From: a virus
Taxonomy: Duplodnaviria; Caudoviricetes
IMG/VR virus record: IMGVR_UViG_3300025133_000115
Coordinates: 1-59,184 of that record
Strand: one strand, 5' to 3'
Length of the DNA stretch: 59,184 bases
Shown: one piece after another, positions 40,301-46,134 of the stretch
Position numbering within the stretch: the stretch's first letter is position 1
Layout: each line of letters opens with the position of its first letter
Program-made: the position numbers and the translations under genes
The notes under the pieces: model-generated
What the model saw: the letters and a program-made list of their open reading frames with translations, nothing else
What the model was told of the DNA's origin: nothing
Databases searched by the model: none

Positions 40301-40857
40301 AAGAGTATGTTTGGGTTGCCAAAAACTCGCGAAATTATTGGATTTGGAAAAACACGCTTCAAATGCCGTTCCCTGTCATCGATATGCCAGAAGGCAAAAG
40401 TCTTTTGAGCCAGACCGTTCCAGGTATTTTGTATCGTGCCATTCCGCAGATACCCAAAGCAATCAAAGAAGGAAGGCTCGGGCTCATGATGGGTGGTCGT
40501 AGTGTCGATAGCTGGGTTCAGTTTGATAGAGCCGATGTTGGCTACGTTGAGAGCGTTCTAACCATTGGTCACAAGATGCGCGAGTATCGCAAACATCATG
40601 GGTACTTGGAAGACGACCCGTTTGATCCTGCTACTACGGTAGACAAGCCCTTGGTAGACAAGATAGAGGATGGGACATATTGGACACGAGGGGCTCCCCC
40701 GCGCCCCGAATTGGGTAAATGGGGCGAGCGGGCTGGCATATTCTCCAGGCCCAAGCTTGTTCCTACAGAAGAGCAACGAATAGTAGAACTAAAAGAGCAA
40801 TTATTGAGAGAAGAAGAAGACAGGGCGAAGGAAATTAAGCCTCCTCGCGAACGATAG
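25357..40857 (+). CDS. Giant polyvalent virion/ejection protein (zincin peptidases, ART-like domains, conserved ejection-type C-terminus)
   Basis: 5166 aa; HEMGH (30277) and HELVH (31813); FKSWF...WHGS...YFT...VYL...GYDG...YMVF.PTQ.KS (ART-PolyVal-like, 32260-33270); second ART-like domain 33385-33725; AMFDYS..T..E...FYSY..NN near the C-terminus. Confidence 0.88.
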   Translation: MADPNGPTEEDRAYEDALIQAIKDANAADNEEPLKRNAGVSSEVDDFTLELTGAIEEDRREQKKAEQKEEREFNSVFQREIDNGTLELEELQSENLFNAEILLEDQGMSREEIREKILDMINAQSVLGPDLVAETTIGAYEAEGKPHDNINHQVIRVLNRGLVKIPMPGTLPPDSQEMRTAADRATAIRADIQSQIEDMGRWNAFLNNMGKSEAFNETDLIEVRKELWSNVRRGSGQLIRDEAYQSVESLDRQVKRIPLVGDVYGGLTGIVTSLIGTKGAPSNLDKWEWDTFAQTQQSWMPPGIHLFLYKGSPHANEEELGEEWWIREYDENSYNFKRHGTKKQPKTGDLTDGEVAQMRRLSRMLDDMLADDWNPNVAQWHGWKNEGHRALAYVEAYEGARTAWADGKYQWLQDYIEGERVEDNVQLAKRLVHKVEYDTRDYSPNYMWVGSKSFPGIRMPKDSQTHGVYKALVRMLRHKDPLQFSDDDLVIALQNLHADMLPDHSLRDVYVRYMGGDATWGATMSHYADSDIMRGLSKFEPFSSTAEAVLDRGHFSDNPRGVRASDWGYGAFKGLTSPIVQTQRLGSTIATPFYEELDNILFDILPDQGIEDARGTDSIKALWSVVSTNVGPSGFRTEEEKEEYLRKAWLNFSRDDLHFRWMHMYEFTTDDLIAGLSVPQAQWTPEWKSVVSSLTAVARQNDPKLVVVEPKIGRILIDHIKYAQRQGDRDAVFDQDNDWLKDLFYVLNRTPIGQLPEPLFEKVDRTNEKITTAVNAWRGAHKRIFGGGRSAALGLTESAFQDKRFDVDENGVPSFWHQESTLAYNLRIFGGIAELGTTTIARYGLDPLGEVLTLGSYDREERGDSFLAEVLYNLHPESESWGMQGAMSGWAVGMGADPNGKIVRSMRGAGFAADIFVPWETGIFKGAKTIVASPFRYAGASKRLPGASRGARALYALSPKWAWDSIAPTVTPAQRQARALEIFDANANALLAKKMDARRKKVGGPSEVITLDDLSDAEVNSLWKRTRKSLEAEFRQSTAYKTRMSHGDVRRARGLEGDEGSFRFGRPKDVKAPFPGVGATWGEMALRIYEDNIAKGRNPFQGLPRAHWTEIYDALEVVGLSVREVRSIIHATAEARGRKFVSRLGLEASRYYEGVEELQQSEVFRRMKKRLEEMAEKGELQGVDDGLDAIKVQMKLVERVYFAALRKTGSAEDALEIVAGFEAKLFGIERGGGLKGYAVEDLLLKSFGLKLDDAGKAIFSDIDIADDLIDELKLSDKDGWNSARLRSVSSVDLEGKLLEELTAGELVVLAAKLADPELAHQAVVTVLLRRLMKAIADNDDAAVSEIRAALSKYTNMVKGETGFSKRIKSLRDSIAEAQAEIKRTVKSTSAEVTPGFGKQALLSKLDDLKERGLPDDVYVFLYSMVHAMPSRVLRDIGLEDWIDTAVGKFADDLEDPVLNELRRLDEELGRAPLDSAGTTSVVKLEGTAKKFPGDRVYSFIELFDMQGDVAGTMDPMRILENEKLGKLTFEELLTKLDGGDISDLEGATLTQIIRKIAHSRLEDGLNLREKRFIDSLVANRDALLGSRNIDPSIKDFISDFIDHADEGKISLAQVEDFLTNRVDTHVEGLQSLDHMTYTFAHEMGHAVMMSFLSDSEVANLRRVYFDELKRTGLVDETPYTRWNLENQGKNIGFLEWYAEKFAEYVVYNKMPEVISRSDFAPSVRKIFNRLIVRLKKLFRAMSRKNPRSFEEFHPMFLSHMKRLFDGKASEISDASEINRRRLQGWKAFDVGVDHLDNIGRPIDDVIDELRRLDEELVGKFADDLEDPVLIEDVPFGEREAAASFVGIRERQVAALPEIKKTKYRPDASAEIIERHARLAAREDYVLGEKSTHATFSPFKETWDLNRGYESIDGGSFKFSKTSEGRGSDWQSIYTDEFMNLVRGYEAKRAEFDEPDFNVGDRVNYVETGLRDGESVETIVDGYVANVFLPGSAKFDEGYRYRVRTVVEAGRYPQTFMVDDADIVKMSDAPTQPVRSRGREMYGPPRGRQMSGPPSPGNQIPRKDWNENWQNKPAKESARWLRDQLTDEFDRTVLDRVIETLDESGTAKWSTSVKTYLSDTPGRAGEYWDDKGHVVLDPARSSYQPGGMVRAAIHELVHAATVGKMEMNPRSIEVDRLNRLFEEAKSQTTNANLYGYNNTREFLAEALSNSKFQDDLRAIKISDELAEELGITDPNLWEGFVAVARQLLGLSVGDQSALSAALKVAEDIGELSIEPTRSLPFFERAEALRGPALLPDRTVAPPTSSAEFKSWFKDSKAVDGEEKPLQVWHGSPFSFDEFQPGNVEAYFGSAVYFTDSAYDLAEHYAFSSLDPLFMEKGTEWFKAFNEYKSNIYVEFDGYTDVDIVNVAKDFVKTDAFSKISDAAQKRLKNAIEDSNVKIIRDEFKDVVVDAMARIDFETDGAMQAYPVYLSIQNPLILDEYGKMKDVAHSFRWADDGTGEALMDAIDTVAARLTKEGVVVDQVERLKEFVLDSRETKGGVTQIPAHKAWDTMIDKRFDSSGPEGLHFQNEFARQVVEQLGYDGIIANAHRFFSDKYDPQTRVLTPGQRLPLAATHYMVFEPTQAKSVTNKGTWAPTDRRMMYGPPRPTAVGNEPLFAPDYTDRGKIPFRPAMQPKPDDLIVVEHTTRAKYLDIFMDEGIDATISPPTRGIGRLTFQADGTARTSSIKEPGLYVAPADSLSSKERVIIVVPAKSIGLTVESEGLGYKSGIEGLYGASDAVIRSKISPENVAGKMIYDPTQQEWKWVANPKSPYGDRFEVDGSNLRTRQPEPPTRSDFKTVSDAMWDLLDATMSPDPAQRKPLSAADRRSLNARRVVGPRRFAEQLLDQMNVSDEVVGGKPHEAIDEHIASGLSGQISTSQLTGSQVNRVRESLGSASELADVSGTIKVKVKVAGVDKPVDLTITVVPVTKELKPALIPGGLDGEFSFHDLTYLSMRPVELNYARLPEPKLPDVEITVDGQTRKISWSDITNPQEVINRYIDEYDSIVSKLYDKKQRSADVDVFRPDPAEYFDGSGNVIPSKLVEYQQRLDLYLTGLASRSMHSLLDPTSRVFENQVFTSVTQPRNLKDLFEMGDRYMTALSNKGANLTRNEIIYIMRFYAQANERFKNSYRGSLISLDVAPELLDSITARDWQKPNAPIMDIDTIEMSQVGAARILDTKQWLRLRESELVDMLENVDSPELRGKILADLENIRVERLRVDSIASTPSPTALAQDLAESSDSIGRTADNTVMRTLTLMTKDFDDLLNGRKKHSWFERHPDESWLEFSDRFVALTKGLAPDAPVITGSKIDEFYGAGKPGHSDALLWFSEWKHVNAKADYNRIIFDVMASKGFKDLRSRFEAGEIDRAGFDLAFKKAVDEKRVSVFQQRADVEFDSWMSDPDTRPYLVERANAFATKPELVELFPTEIRNALGNTRRIDSSLVSREINRVKSSYSNNPGRLAALDKTLEAHKTIEGWVKRFGREDSMLNLLIKSIESGRLSNINRLDANYRKLVGDVSSELHGPLMAQTERMADMLEGGFASDAFSHPGASFLPNMRTFAFDAALDSVMDTAPWLKQSQARDALRGKGRTPSASIGPASRGVFSRTLTDSDQVSGPGSAGRGSKARGRVMYGPPADSFKPLREFSPDDFDASTLHTKMFFETGDVRHLFAESGRMLASLMMDEFDDVAEFMYKNFDSEVLGDGTRRLTTKGWDELSSSFAYYFSTRHAEDGATHNLFRKIKRALHHLWKMIRADRTHELSPESIAFFDEQLAVGIDISERAKVAVLDDADLKNFYTVRLKELRGGEEVASAGKRREAARIESRRRQLQRILEVTDETTEVDAVEIVGLAVRHVFAEVARKKWGAERTVRLTGQTMVPVIRAERIRERVATKMLDVFGDPQHLADAKVTIKLQERMTDDVGSWLRDPETGKVRTRTVIDDATGKPAEVSVFNLSRPQQVRLKVLVQELGANPLARDTIPTWMFEADADFSKLSVIEYNRIHEALTDMEAGVGGTRSRLAESVSPNLAKRTWASIIDAGGNVPFLGGMIAGFRERFKVFEPFEVAGILEGDSAKRAWSRTGYVTPEVVEAKKMMDQEVNDIPNWLLRVQLRLQKEGSKGSILEVIQSLTRMLTPPLDVRQAENAWRLRKVFSNLGKQPLTIELLDAKLDAVTALFASSGRMTDAERGAIIALRDLIDNSKQADTIELSKDQVKAFRDTIEIIERGLHDRYNLLDQRVNDIVECISGSQAQARAAMAGMDDLTKSRLYSSFYGNDWPDLFEWASQHGLTIGTRPDVMPAYDARHAAIQLIVRMRAREIQAKFIDKLVEVGVTARVDGLADKYAQGKNTTRFMERVKHYINLELRPGGAAIVRDAEGRVIQAPSGFRSGRRGDIGEIVEPAEPGAVVDGKPIYPSQDWDEATRRIPYLDLKAPEGAQQTYTRHDMAAYTAAHEILNAWGFKYGAATEDWVDWVAPDGSRTLVPKMVLDELNAAIDRVSGQGAFGKGAKGKAAEAIERGRPRSGDLGKEFLFGEDALDPAWKMTPGVAAKVLIADTLDYTLRLYGFTYSLLRQGVTVGIGQPNIHYYQGITIGALLQIYQKSGLGLKIGRDGVRVEGGVLGALSHPKLSGVLAARLWGEAPNPKSVAGARALVCKDGRIFTVEMLLEGMLLYKLNTSFVKSGNAAHMLRDLEKNENAWHKIVSESPGRAQRLLVEAATSVDNYFRSGVFVDELYNGRSMAHAAQIATDAMFDYSKLTDWEKAVFRRTFMFYSYTRNNLNLFYDTLLENPSRIMGQVRLMRGLREQNTEGSNVIIETDYTSQRLGVFYRNAYANTSIYQGVRFLAAPLPIMDAINLHREIAAFISGGFDRTASVEKREQGLRFLARMNPLFQQPLVFQFDEEIFRTRPLTGDVIPTSIVELDVLMTGGVFVLNFLGATPVPVSTAMKKEYPGQEYVWVAKNSRNYWIWKNTLQMPFPVIDMPEGKSLLSQTVPGILYRAIPQIPKAIKEGRLGLMMGGRSVDSWVQFDRADVGYVESVLTIGHKMREYRKHHGYLEDDPFDPATTVDKPLVDKIEDGTYWTRGAPPRPELGKWGERAGIFSRPKLVPTEEQRIVELKEQLLREEEDRAKEIKPPRER
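29692..30843 (+). repeat. Order-swapped direct repeat (A-B ... B-A) inside the giant gene
   Basis: A=39 bp at 29692-29730 and 30805-30843; B=27 bp at 29734-29760 and 30778-30804; 100% identical and in frame. Confidence 0.95.
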
Positions 40858-40928
40858 CGTTCCCGTATTGCGTTTATCGTGTTAGCATTTATCAGATTTA
40901 TACTAAACTTCTCTTAAGGAGAGAACAA

Positions 40929-41675
40929 ATGTCACAACTTGCAGAACTCGTAGGCGGACTTCGCCTTCAACACGATGCCGTCAGCGATAAAGGTTGGTAT
41001 ACAACCGGAGTAGGCGACAAAGTTCAAATCTTTTCAGATTTTCTAGGCAGTGGGGCGCTTCCGCTTGACACCGCTGGTGGAGCAGGATTCGTGAATCACG
41101 ACACGTCAAGCGCCGGTGCGCCTACTTTTGCTCATCAGTCCTCAGCAAACGGCATCTACCTAATGCAATTCCACAGTACTGATGAAGCTGAGTACTTGGC
41201 CACCTATCTTGGTGACGAGTGCTGCATTCCCCCTACCGCGAGCGCAATTTTTGAATGCCGCGTTTCAATTACCGGCACATTCAGTGGTGATGACCGCGTT
41301 GTGTTTGGCCTTGCATCCGCTCGAAACAACACGCTTGACAACATTGCTGACCACGTTTGGTTCCGCATGGAGGGTGCCAACAACAACATCCTGATTGAGG
41401 GTGACGACGGCACAAACAACAATGACGACAACGACACTGGCGTTGATTGGGTTAGCGGGACCCCCCTCAAGCTCAGGATCGACATGTCCAACACAAGCGA
41501 TGTCAAGTTCTACATTGATGATGTCATGATAACGTTGGCTGACGGGGAAACGATTGACGTTTCCAATGCCGTTGCTGGCGATGTTCTTCAACCGTATATC
41601 GAAATGCAGAAAGATGCGGGCGCTGTCACACACGGTGTAGCTATCGACTACATTTCTGTGCTTTGGGACCGCTGA
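40929..41675 (+). CDS. Virion protein with lectin/concanavalin-like fold
   Basis: FSDFLG, FECRV, LRID...VKFYIDD and IDYI pattern. Confidence 0.65.
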   Translation: MSQLAELVGGLRLQHDAVSDKGWYTTGVGDKVQIFSDFLGSGALPLDTAGGAGFVNHDTSSAGAPTFAHQSSANGIYLMQFHSTDEAEYLATYLGDECCIPPTASAIFECRVSITGTFSGDDRVVFGLASARNNTLDNIADHVWFRMEGANNNILIEGDDGTNNNDDNDTGVDWVSGTPLKLRIDMSNTSDVKFYIDDVMITLADGETIDVSNAVAGDVLQPYIEMQKDAGAVTHGVAIDYISVLWDR

Positions 41676-41700
41676 TCCATCCTCTTCTAACTAGGAGGCC

Positions 41701-42135
41701 GTGATGGCTGATCAGGGGTTCATCGTCAATGATGCAGAAGTAACAGTCATTGGCACAAGCTTTGCGCTTGGCAAGGCTATCTTGCTGCATGAGGACTCTG
41801 CTTTGGATGCAAACTCCAAGGCTTTGCCTCAAGCCTGCTACTTATCTCATCTGGAGCTTCAACTCGATGGTACATCGGGAACTCCTACTGAGGTTAGTGC
41901 GTTCTTAACTTATGACTCTGCCGGGGATGACCCGTTGACTGCCGAGGCCAGCGGCAATTCTCTGCACGCTGGTCTTACAGATACCAGTCTTGTGAGCACG
42001 GCTATTTCTATGAATGTGTTTTTCAGCGCTCCTGCTTCTCAAACTACAGCAGGTAAGCTCTACTTGTTTATCAAAGTAGATGCTGGGCAAGTCACCGTCA
42101 AGAAAGCCCGTCTTCATTGGGCGGTAAGGGATTAG
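41701..42135 (+). CDS. Putative virion structural protein
   Basis: Beta-rich ORF with GGAGG RBS in the late region. Confidence 0.65.
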   Translation: MMADQGFIVNDAEVTVIGTSFALGKAILLHEDSALDANSKALPQACYLSHLELQLDGTSGTPTEVSAFLTYDSAGDDPLTAEASGNSLHAGLTDTSLVSTAISMNVFFSAPASQTTAGKLYLFIKVDAGQVTVKKARLHWAVRD

Positions 42136-42137
42136 GG

Positions 42138-42644
42138 ATGCCGTTTTTCAATAGGTTTGGCGTAAAGAATCTTGTTGTTAATGATCTTGAGGTAGGCGAT
42201 GACATCGCTGTCTCAAATGACAACGGGATTGTCGATAGCAACGGCAACTCAATGTTGTTGTTCAGCGAGGTTGGAAGCGCTGTTAATTATGTCGATATTC
42301 AAAATGCGGCGAGCGGGTCTGCGCCAGCCATTAGTGTTCTTGGTGCGACCGCGAATATTACGATGTCATTGAAGCCCAAAGGTACGGGTGGGCTGCGGAT
42401 CTTTGGTTCAACAGCGGGTGCTGCCAACATTATGTTGAACGAAGATCAAGACAACGGCACGAACTTTACGAAGATTCAAGCCGCTGCCAACATTGCCTCT
42501 AATCACACCTACACGCTTCCGGCGGCTTTGCCTTCCGTAGACAAGATCATGAAATCTGACAGTTCAGGAAACCTTTCGTGGGTTGATGATTCGCCACCGG
42601 CAAACGACTTGAATGTTATTCTCCACAACCAAATTTTTTCATAG
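42138..42644 (+). CDS. Tail fibre-like protein
   Basis: L.PKGTG, YTLP..LP and SDSSGNLSW fibre motifs; ends VILHNQIFS; start revised to MPFF. Confidence 0.7.
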   Translation: MPFFNRFGVKNLVVNDLEVGDDIAVSNDNGIVDSNGNSMLLFSEVGSAVNYVDIQNAASGSAPAISVLGATANITMSLKPKGTGGLRIFGSTAGAANIMLNEDQDNGTNFTKIQAAANIASNHTYTLPAALPSVDKIMKSDSSGNLSWVDDSPPANDLNVILHNQIFS

Positions 42645-42653
42645 GAATATCAA

Positions 42654-43007
42654 ATGGCCACAATGAGCAAGGTGCTTCTTAGTGGAAGCACAAACGGAAA
42701 GGCGATTAAGGTCGCACAGACCGCAACAGCAGGGGACACTATTCACACTGCCGTCAGCGGAGCGAGCGACTTAGATGAGATTTGGCTTTGGGCCGTCAAC
42801 TCATCGGGGTCCGATGTCAAGCTTACGCTTGAGTGGGGTGAGGCGACAGCACCAGACGGCAACATCGAAGTTACCATTGAAGCGGAGTCGGGGTTGGTTC
42901 AGGTTGCTCCTGGCCTATTGCTCCAAAATGGACTGATCGTTAAGGCTTTTGCTGCCACCACCAACGTCATTCTTCTTCACGGTTTCGTCAATCGGATTTC
43001 GACATAA
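42654..43007 (+). CDS. Fibre adaptor-like beta protein (paralog 1)
   Basis: IH...DEIWLWA.N...AFA...NVI...GFVNRI. Confidence 0.75.
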   Translation: MATMSKVLLSGSTNGKAIKVAQTATAGDTIHTAVSGASDLDEIWLWAVNSSGSDVKLTLEWGEATAPDGNIEVTIEAESGLVQVAPGLLLQNGLIVKAFAATTNVILLHGFVNRIST

Positions 43008-44002
43008 TGCCTCGTCGCAGTAGGGAAAACCTTGGTTTATATCGTCGCAGAGCGACACAAAACCCTTCGGTTAAGGCAGAGCGTGGGCCAAATACGCCTA
43101 GTGCAGGCGGCGGCGGGAACGAGTGGAAAGAGTGGATTGATCTGCCCTTAGACCCCGATGATGGGTGGACCATCAGCACAGGAAGCGGCGCGGCAGCCGT
43201 TGGCTCTACGCTTTCAAAAGTAGGCGATGAGCTTCATTTTGTGACGGCCAATGCGGGCATGCGAATCCAGGGCTCACAGATGAAAGGTCTTTTCATGGCT
43301 CGCGACATCCACATTAAGCCGTGGGAAGATGCTGGAATTACGAAACCAGCCGGGGCCACCGACAACCAGTTCGAGCCGGAAGCAGTCCAGTTTAAAATAG
43401 AGGTAGAATTTGCGACATCTAATGGCGGGCCAATTTCCGGCGGATCAGTACCGGGTGCCGAAGGCACATACCTGACATGTCTTGCAGGGCTGGCAGGCTT
43501 TCCGAGTGATCAAGGCGGAAACCCCGTACATTCCTCCAGTGTGAAATGGTCTGCTGCCCAAGTGGCTAAAAATTATGGTGGAGATCCGGCAACGTCTACC
43601 CGCACCAATATGTACACATCCGGATATAAATCCTACGATACGAATTCCGGAATGCAAGGGACCTCGATGTGGAAGAATCAATCTGGCGGTGGCGGCGCCG
43701 GGGCACACAACGCTATTGTGTATGCCACCTCGCCATTGCGAAAAGAAGCAGGCTCTGGGCCTTACGGGCGATGCAACATCCAGGCGGGTAGCTATGACAA
43801 CACCACTCCATTCGCAGGAATGTGTATGTTGAATCAGCAAATGTTTGATAACTCTACAAAATTTAGTGATCAGACCCTGACTCCTTTCTGGCATGTGGCG
43901 CTTTGGTTCGGCACGCATACCAACACGGCCGGTAAGGGCGAGATTCGGATTAAGAAGATCCGCATGTATCTTCAGCCTGTACAACACAGGGCAACGCTAT
44001 GA
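43007..44002 (+). CDS. Putative receptor-binding/lectin-like protein
   Basis: Coupled to the adaptor; short basic N-terminus, GGGG linker, beta-rich body. Confidence 0.55.
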   Translation: MPRRSRENLGLYRRRATQNPSVKAERGPNTPSAGGGGNEWKEWIDLPLDPDDGWTISTGSGAAAVGSTLSKVGDELHFVTANAGMRIQGSQMKGLFMARDIHIKPWEDAGITKPAGATDNQFEPEAVQFKIEVEFATSNGGPISGGSVPGAEGTYLTCLAGLAGFPSDQGGNPVHSSSVKWSAAQVAKNYGGDPATSTRTNMYTSGYKSYDTNSGMQGTSMWKNQSGGGGAGAHNAIVYATSPLRKEAGSGPYGRCNIQAGSYDNTTPFAGMCMLNQQMFDNSTKFSDQTLTPFWHVALWFGTHTNTAGKGEIRIKKIRMYLQPVQHRATL

Positions 44003-44283
44003 CTATTATTACTATTGACTGTAGCAGCCCGACAACGGCGGAGACTATTGTTTCAGCCGTCCAGGCAGGTGAGCTTTGGGGCGTGGACATGGGCACGACC
44101 TCGCGGGCATCGACTTATTCTGATCATGTTTTGATTGAATGCACGAACACCAGAAATCTTGCCCTGATCGACGCCTGTCCAGCGGGTGAAACCTACAATA
44201 TAGGCTATAGCATTTCAACGCCTGATTCGTTTACTGAAGCGGGAGCGATCGAAAAGGCTTGGTTTCTTCGGGGGAAACTGTAG
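43999..44283 (+). CDS. Hypothetical protein
   Basis: ATGA coupling to the previous gene. Confidence 0.6.
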   Translation: MTIITIDCSSPTTAETIVSAVQAGELWGVDMGTTSRASTYSDHVLIECTNTRNLALIDACPAGETYNIGYSISTPDSFTEAGAIEKAWFLRGKL

Positions 44284-44284
44284 A

Positions 44285-44494
44285 ATGGAGGCACGGGTAT
44301 CAAAATTAGAGGAACGGACATCTGACTTAGACGTTCGCACAGCCGTACTTGAAAACAAAGGTAAGGTTAGCGAGAACCGGATTGCAGATTTGGAGGTAGA
44401 AGTGAAGTATCATTCGCGAATTCTCTTCAAGATGCAGGGTGCTACCCTGGTGCTGGTCGTTGTGATGCCATTGCTCATTGAGTTCTTGAGTTAG
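44285..44494 (+). CDS. Coiled-coil plus C-terminal TM protein (XhlA/holin-like)
   Basis: RVSKLEER heptads followed by LVLVVVMPLLIEFL. Confidence 0.65.
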   Translation: MEARVSKLEERTSDLDVRTAVLENKGKVSENRIADLEVEVKYHSRILFKMQGATLVLVVVMPLLIEFLS

Positions 44495-44526
44495 GTCAGT
44501 GTAGGCAAGAACAATAGGAGGCAGCC

Positions 44527-44910
44527 TTGGCAACATATACAAAGATTAACTTGTCCCCTGGTGGCACTGAAGGTGACGGAAATCCAGTCTCAGTTACAGA
44601 CACCAGCGGGAATGGCAGCTTTATTCATGACACAAGCGCCGTAGAGACCAACCAAGACGAGGTCTGGCTCTGGGCAACAAACATTCATACATCTGACGTT
44701 CAAGTCACGCTTCATGTTGGATACCTTAACTCTGGTTCTGCTGCTGCTACTGAGCGGATGATTGTTACACTGCCATCCAAGTCTGGGTGGACACTGTTGT
44801 TGCAGGGAGTCCCCCTACGATCAAGCGGATCTACTCCGCGCCGAGTTGCTGCCTTTGCAGGCACTGCAAATGTTATTAATATTGTAGGATATGTGAACAG
44901 GATCTCATAG
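44527..44910 (+). CDS. Fibre adaptor-like beta protein (paralog 2)
   Basis: IH...DEVWLWA.N...AFA...NVI...GYVNRI; GGAGG RBS, TTG start. Confidence 0.75.
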   Translation: MATYTKINLSPGGTEGDGNPVSVTDTSGNGSFIHDTSAVETNQDEVWLWATNIHTSDVQVTLHVGYLNSGSAAATERMIVTLPSKSGWTLLLQGVPLRSSGSTPRRVAAFAGTANVINIVGYVNRIS

Positions 44911-44993
44911 TTAAGATGGGTGGTTTGCTAAAAAGCGAAATACTGCTAAGATTTCCATACCTTTCAACTCCTGCGACAAGGAAGATATAAACA

Positions 44994-45371
44994 ATGGCGA
45001 CATTAACTAGCAAAAACTCAGCCGTTATTACCGATTTTCTTCTTTCGGATACCGACGTAGATGCAGATGTCAACGGGACCGGCTCCGCAGGGGATGCCGT
45101 AGATGACATATTCGGTGGCTCGGCAACGATCCACAGCATCTTTCTTGATGCCCCATCAGGTACAAGCTATTTGAAACTTTATGATGCTACGGACCCTACT
45201 ATAGGAACCGATGCTCCAGACATTATTCTGATGGTTAAAGAGCCGAATATGTGGACCATCATCGATGGGCTCGAAGTTACTAATCTTAGCTACGGCGCTA
45301 CCAATGCGGCGGGCACGGCTGGAAACACAGGCCCTGGTGTAACAGTCAAACTCTTCTTGGTTGTGAGGTAG
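44994..45371 (+). CDS. Small beta-sandwich virion protein (paralog of next gene)
   Basis: YLKLYD...TIGT..PD and GTAGNTGP. Confidence 0.7.
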   Translation: MATLTSKNSAVITDFLLSDTDVDADVNGTGSAGDAVDDIFGGSATIHSIFLDAPSGTSYLKLYDATDPTIGTDAPDIILMVKEPNMWTIIDGLEVTNLSYGATNAAGTAGNTGPGVTVKLFLVVR

Positions 45372-45373
45372 AT

Positions 45374-45742
45374 ATGGCATTTTCTAAATCTAATATTGTT
45401 GCTAGCCCTGGTGCATTTAACTGCGTTCAAACAGATGCTACATCTACCGTGGACATTTTGAAGGGAGCCGCTGGAGAAATCTTAAAAGTAGAAATCGACA
45501 ATACAGGCAACAGCGTTGCTGTCTACCTCAAAGCTTGGGACACGACCGGCTCTGTCACTGTCGGGACCACTGCTAACGACTTTGCTTTCAAGTGCCCCGC
45601 GTCTTCGCTTCGTGTTTACTCATGCCCTAACGGCGCAGCCTTCGCTAACGGCCTCAAGGTTGCATGTGTCACGGAAGGTGGCGGGACAGCGGGCAATACC
45701 AGCCCCACCGCTGACGTTATTTACCGCATCTTGGTGGGTTAA
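45374..45742 (+). CDS. Small beta-sandwich virion protein
   Basis: YLKAWD...TVGT..ND and GTAGNTSP. Confidence 0.7.
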   Translation: MAFSKSNIVASPGAFNCVQTDATSTVDILKGAAGEILKVEIDNTGNSVAVYLKAWDTTGSVTVGTTANDFAFKCPASSLRVYSCPNGAAFANGLKVACVTEGGGTAGNTSPTADVIYRILVG

Positions 45743-45744
45743 TC

Positions 45745-45969
45745 ATGGCAAAGCTCAAATTCAACCGTGGAAAAGTCCTTAAGCAAGCAATCCTCATGGC
45801 TGAGGACCTCTTTCCTGAGCCCAAGTCAGGCAAGAAGAAGCGGAAGTGGGTTGTTGACTTTATCAACGAGCACGTCAACGTGCCGATCCTTAATGAACGA
45901 CAAGAGGCCAAAGCCATAGGCTTTGCAGTAGACATGGTCTGTGACTTGCTTGATTCGCTGAAGAAATGA
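45745..45969 (+). CDS. Lysis-region protein resembling the soluble part of LL-H-type holins
   Basis: AE..F....SG..K...V motif; upstream of the endolysin; no TM segment. Confidence 0.5.
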   Translation: MAKLKFNRGKVLKQAILMAEDLFPEPKSGKKKRKWVVDFINEHVNVPILNERQEAKAIGFAVDMVCDLLDSLKK

Positions 45970-46069
45970 AGACTTCTAAAACACAATCGTTTCGCCACAC
46001 TTCATTGGAAGTAAAAAAAGTAAACAAGTCTTCTGTGACTATTGTTCGAACAAGCGTTAAGACCATGAA

Positions 46070-46129
46070 GCCTCCTGTTCAGGACCCCGCCGGAAAGGGA
46101 TCGTTCGGATCTCTGTCTTTACAGGAGGC
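46070..46129 (+). promoter_or_regulatory. Structured leader sequestering the endolysin SD
   Basis: GCCTCCTGT (46070-78) pairs perfectly with ACAGGAGGC (46121-29); inner stems present. Confidence 0.65.
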
Positions 46130-46134
46130 CACTT

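Noticed and set aside
25357-40857. Virion RNA polymerase or DarB-type methylase/helicase in the giant protein
   Set aside because: No DxDGD polymerase motif, NPPY/F methylase motif or SNF2 Walker motifs seen
40929-45742. Diversity-generating retroelement acting on the fibres
   Set aside because: No reverse transcriptase and no TR/VR pair differing at adenines
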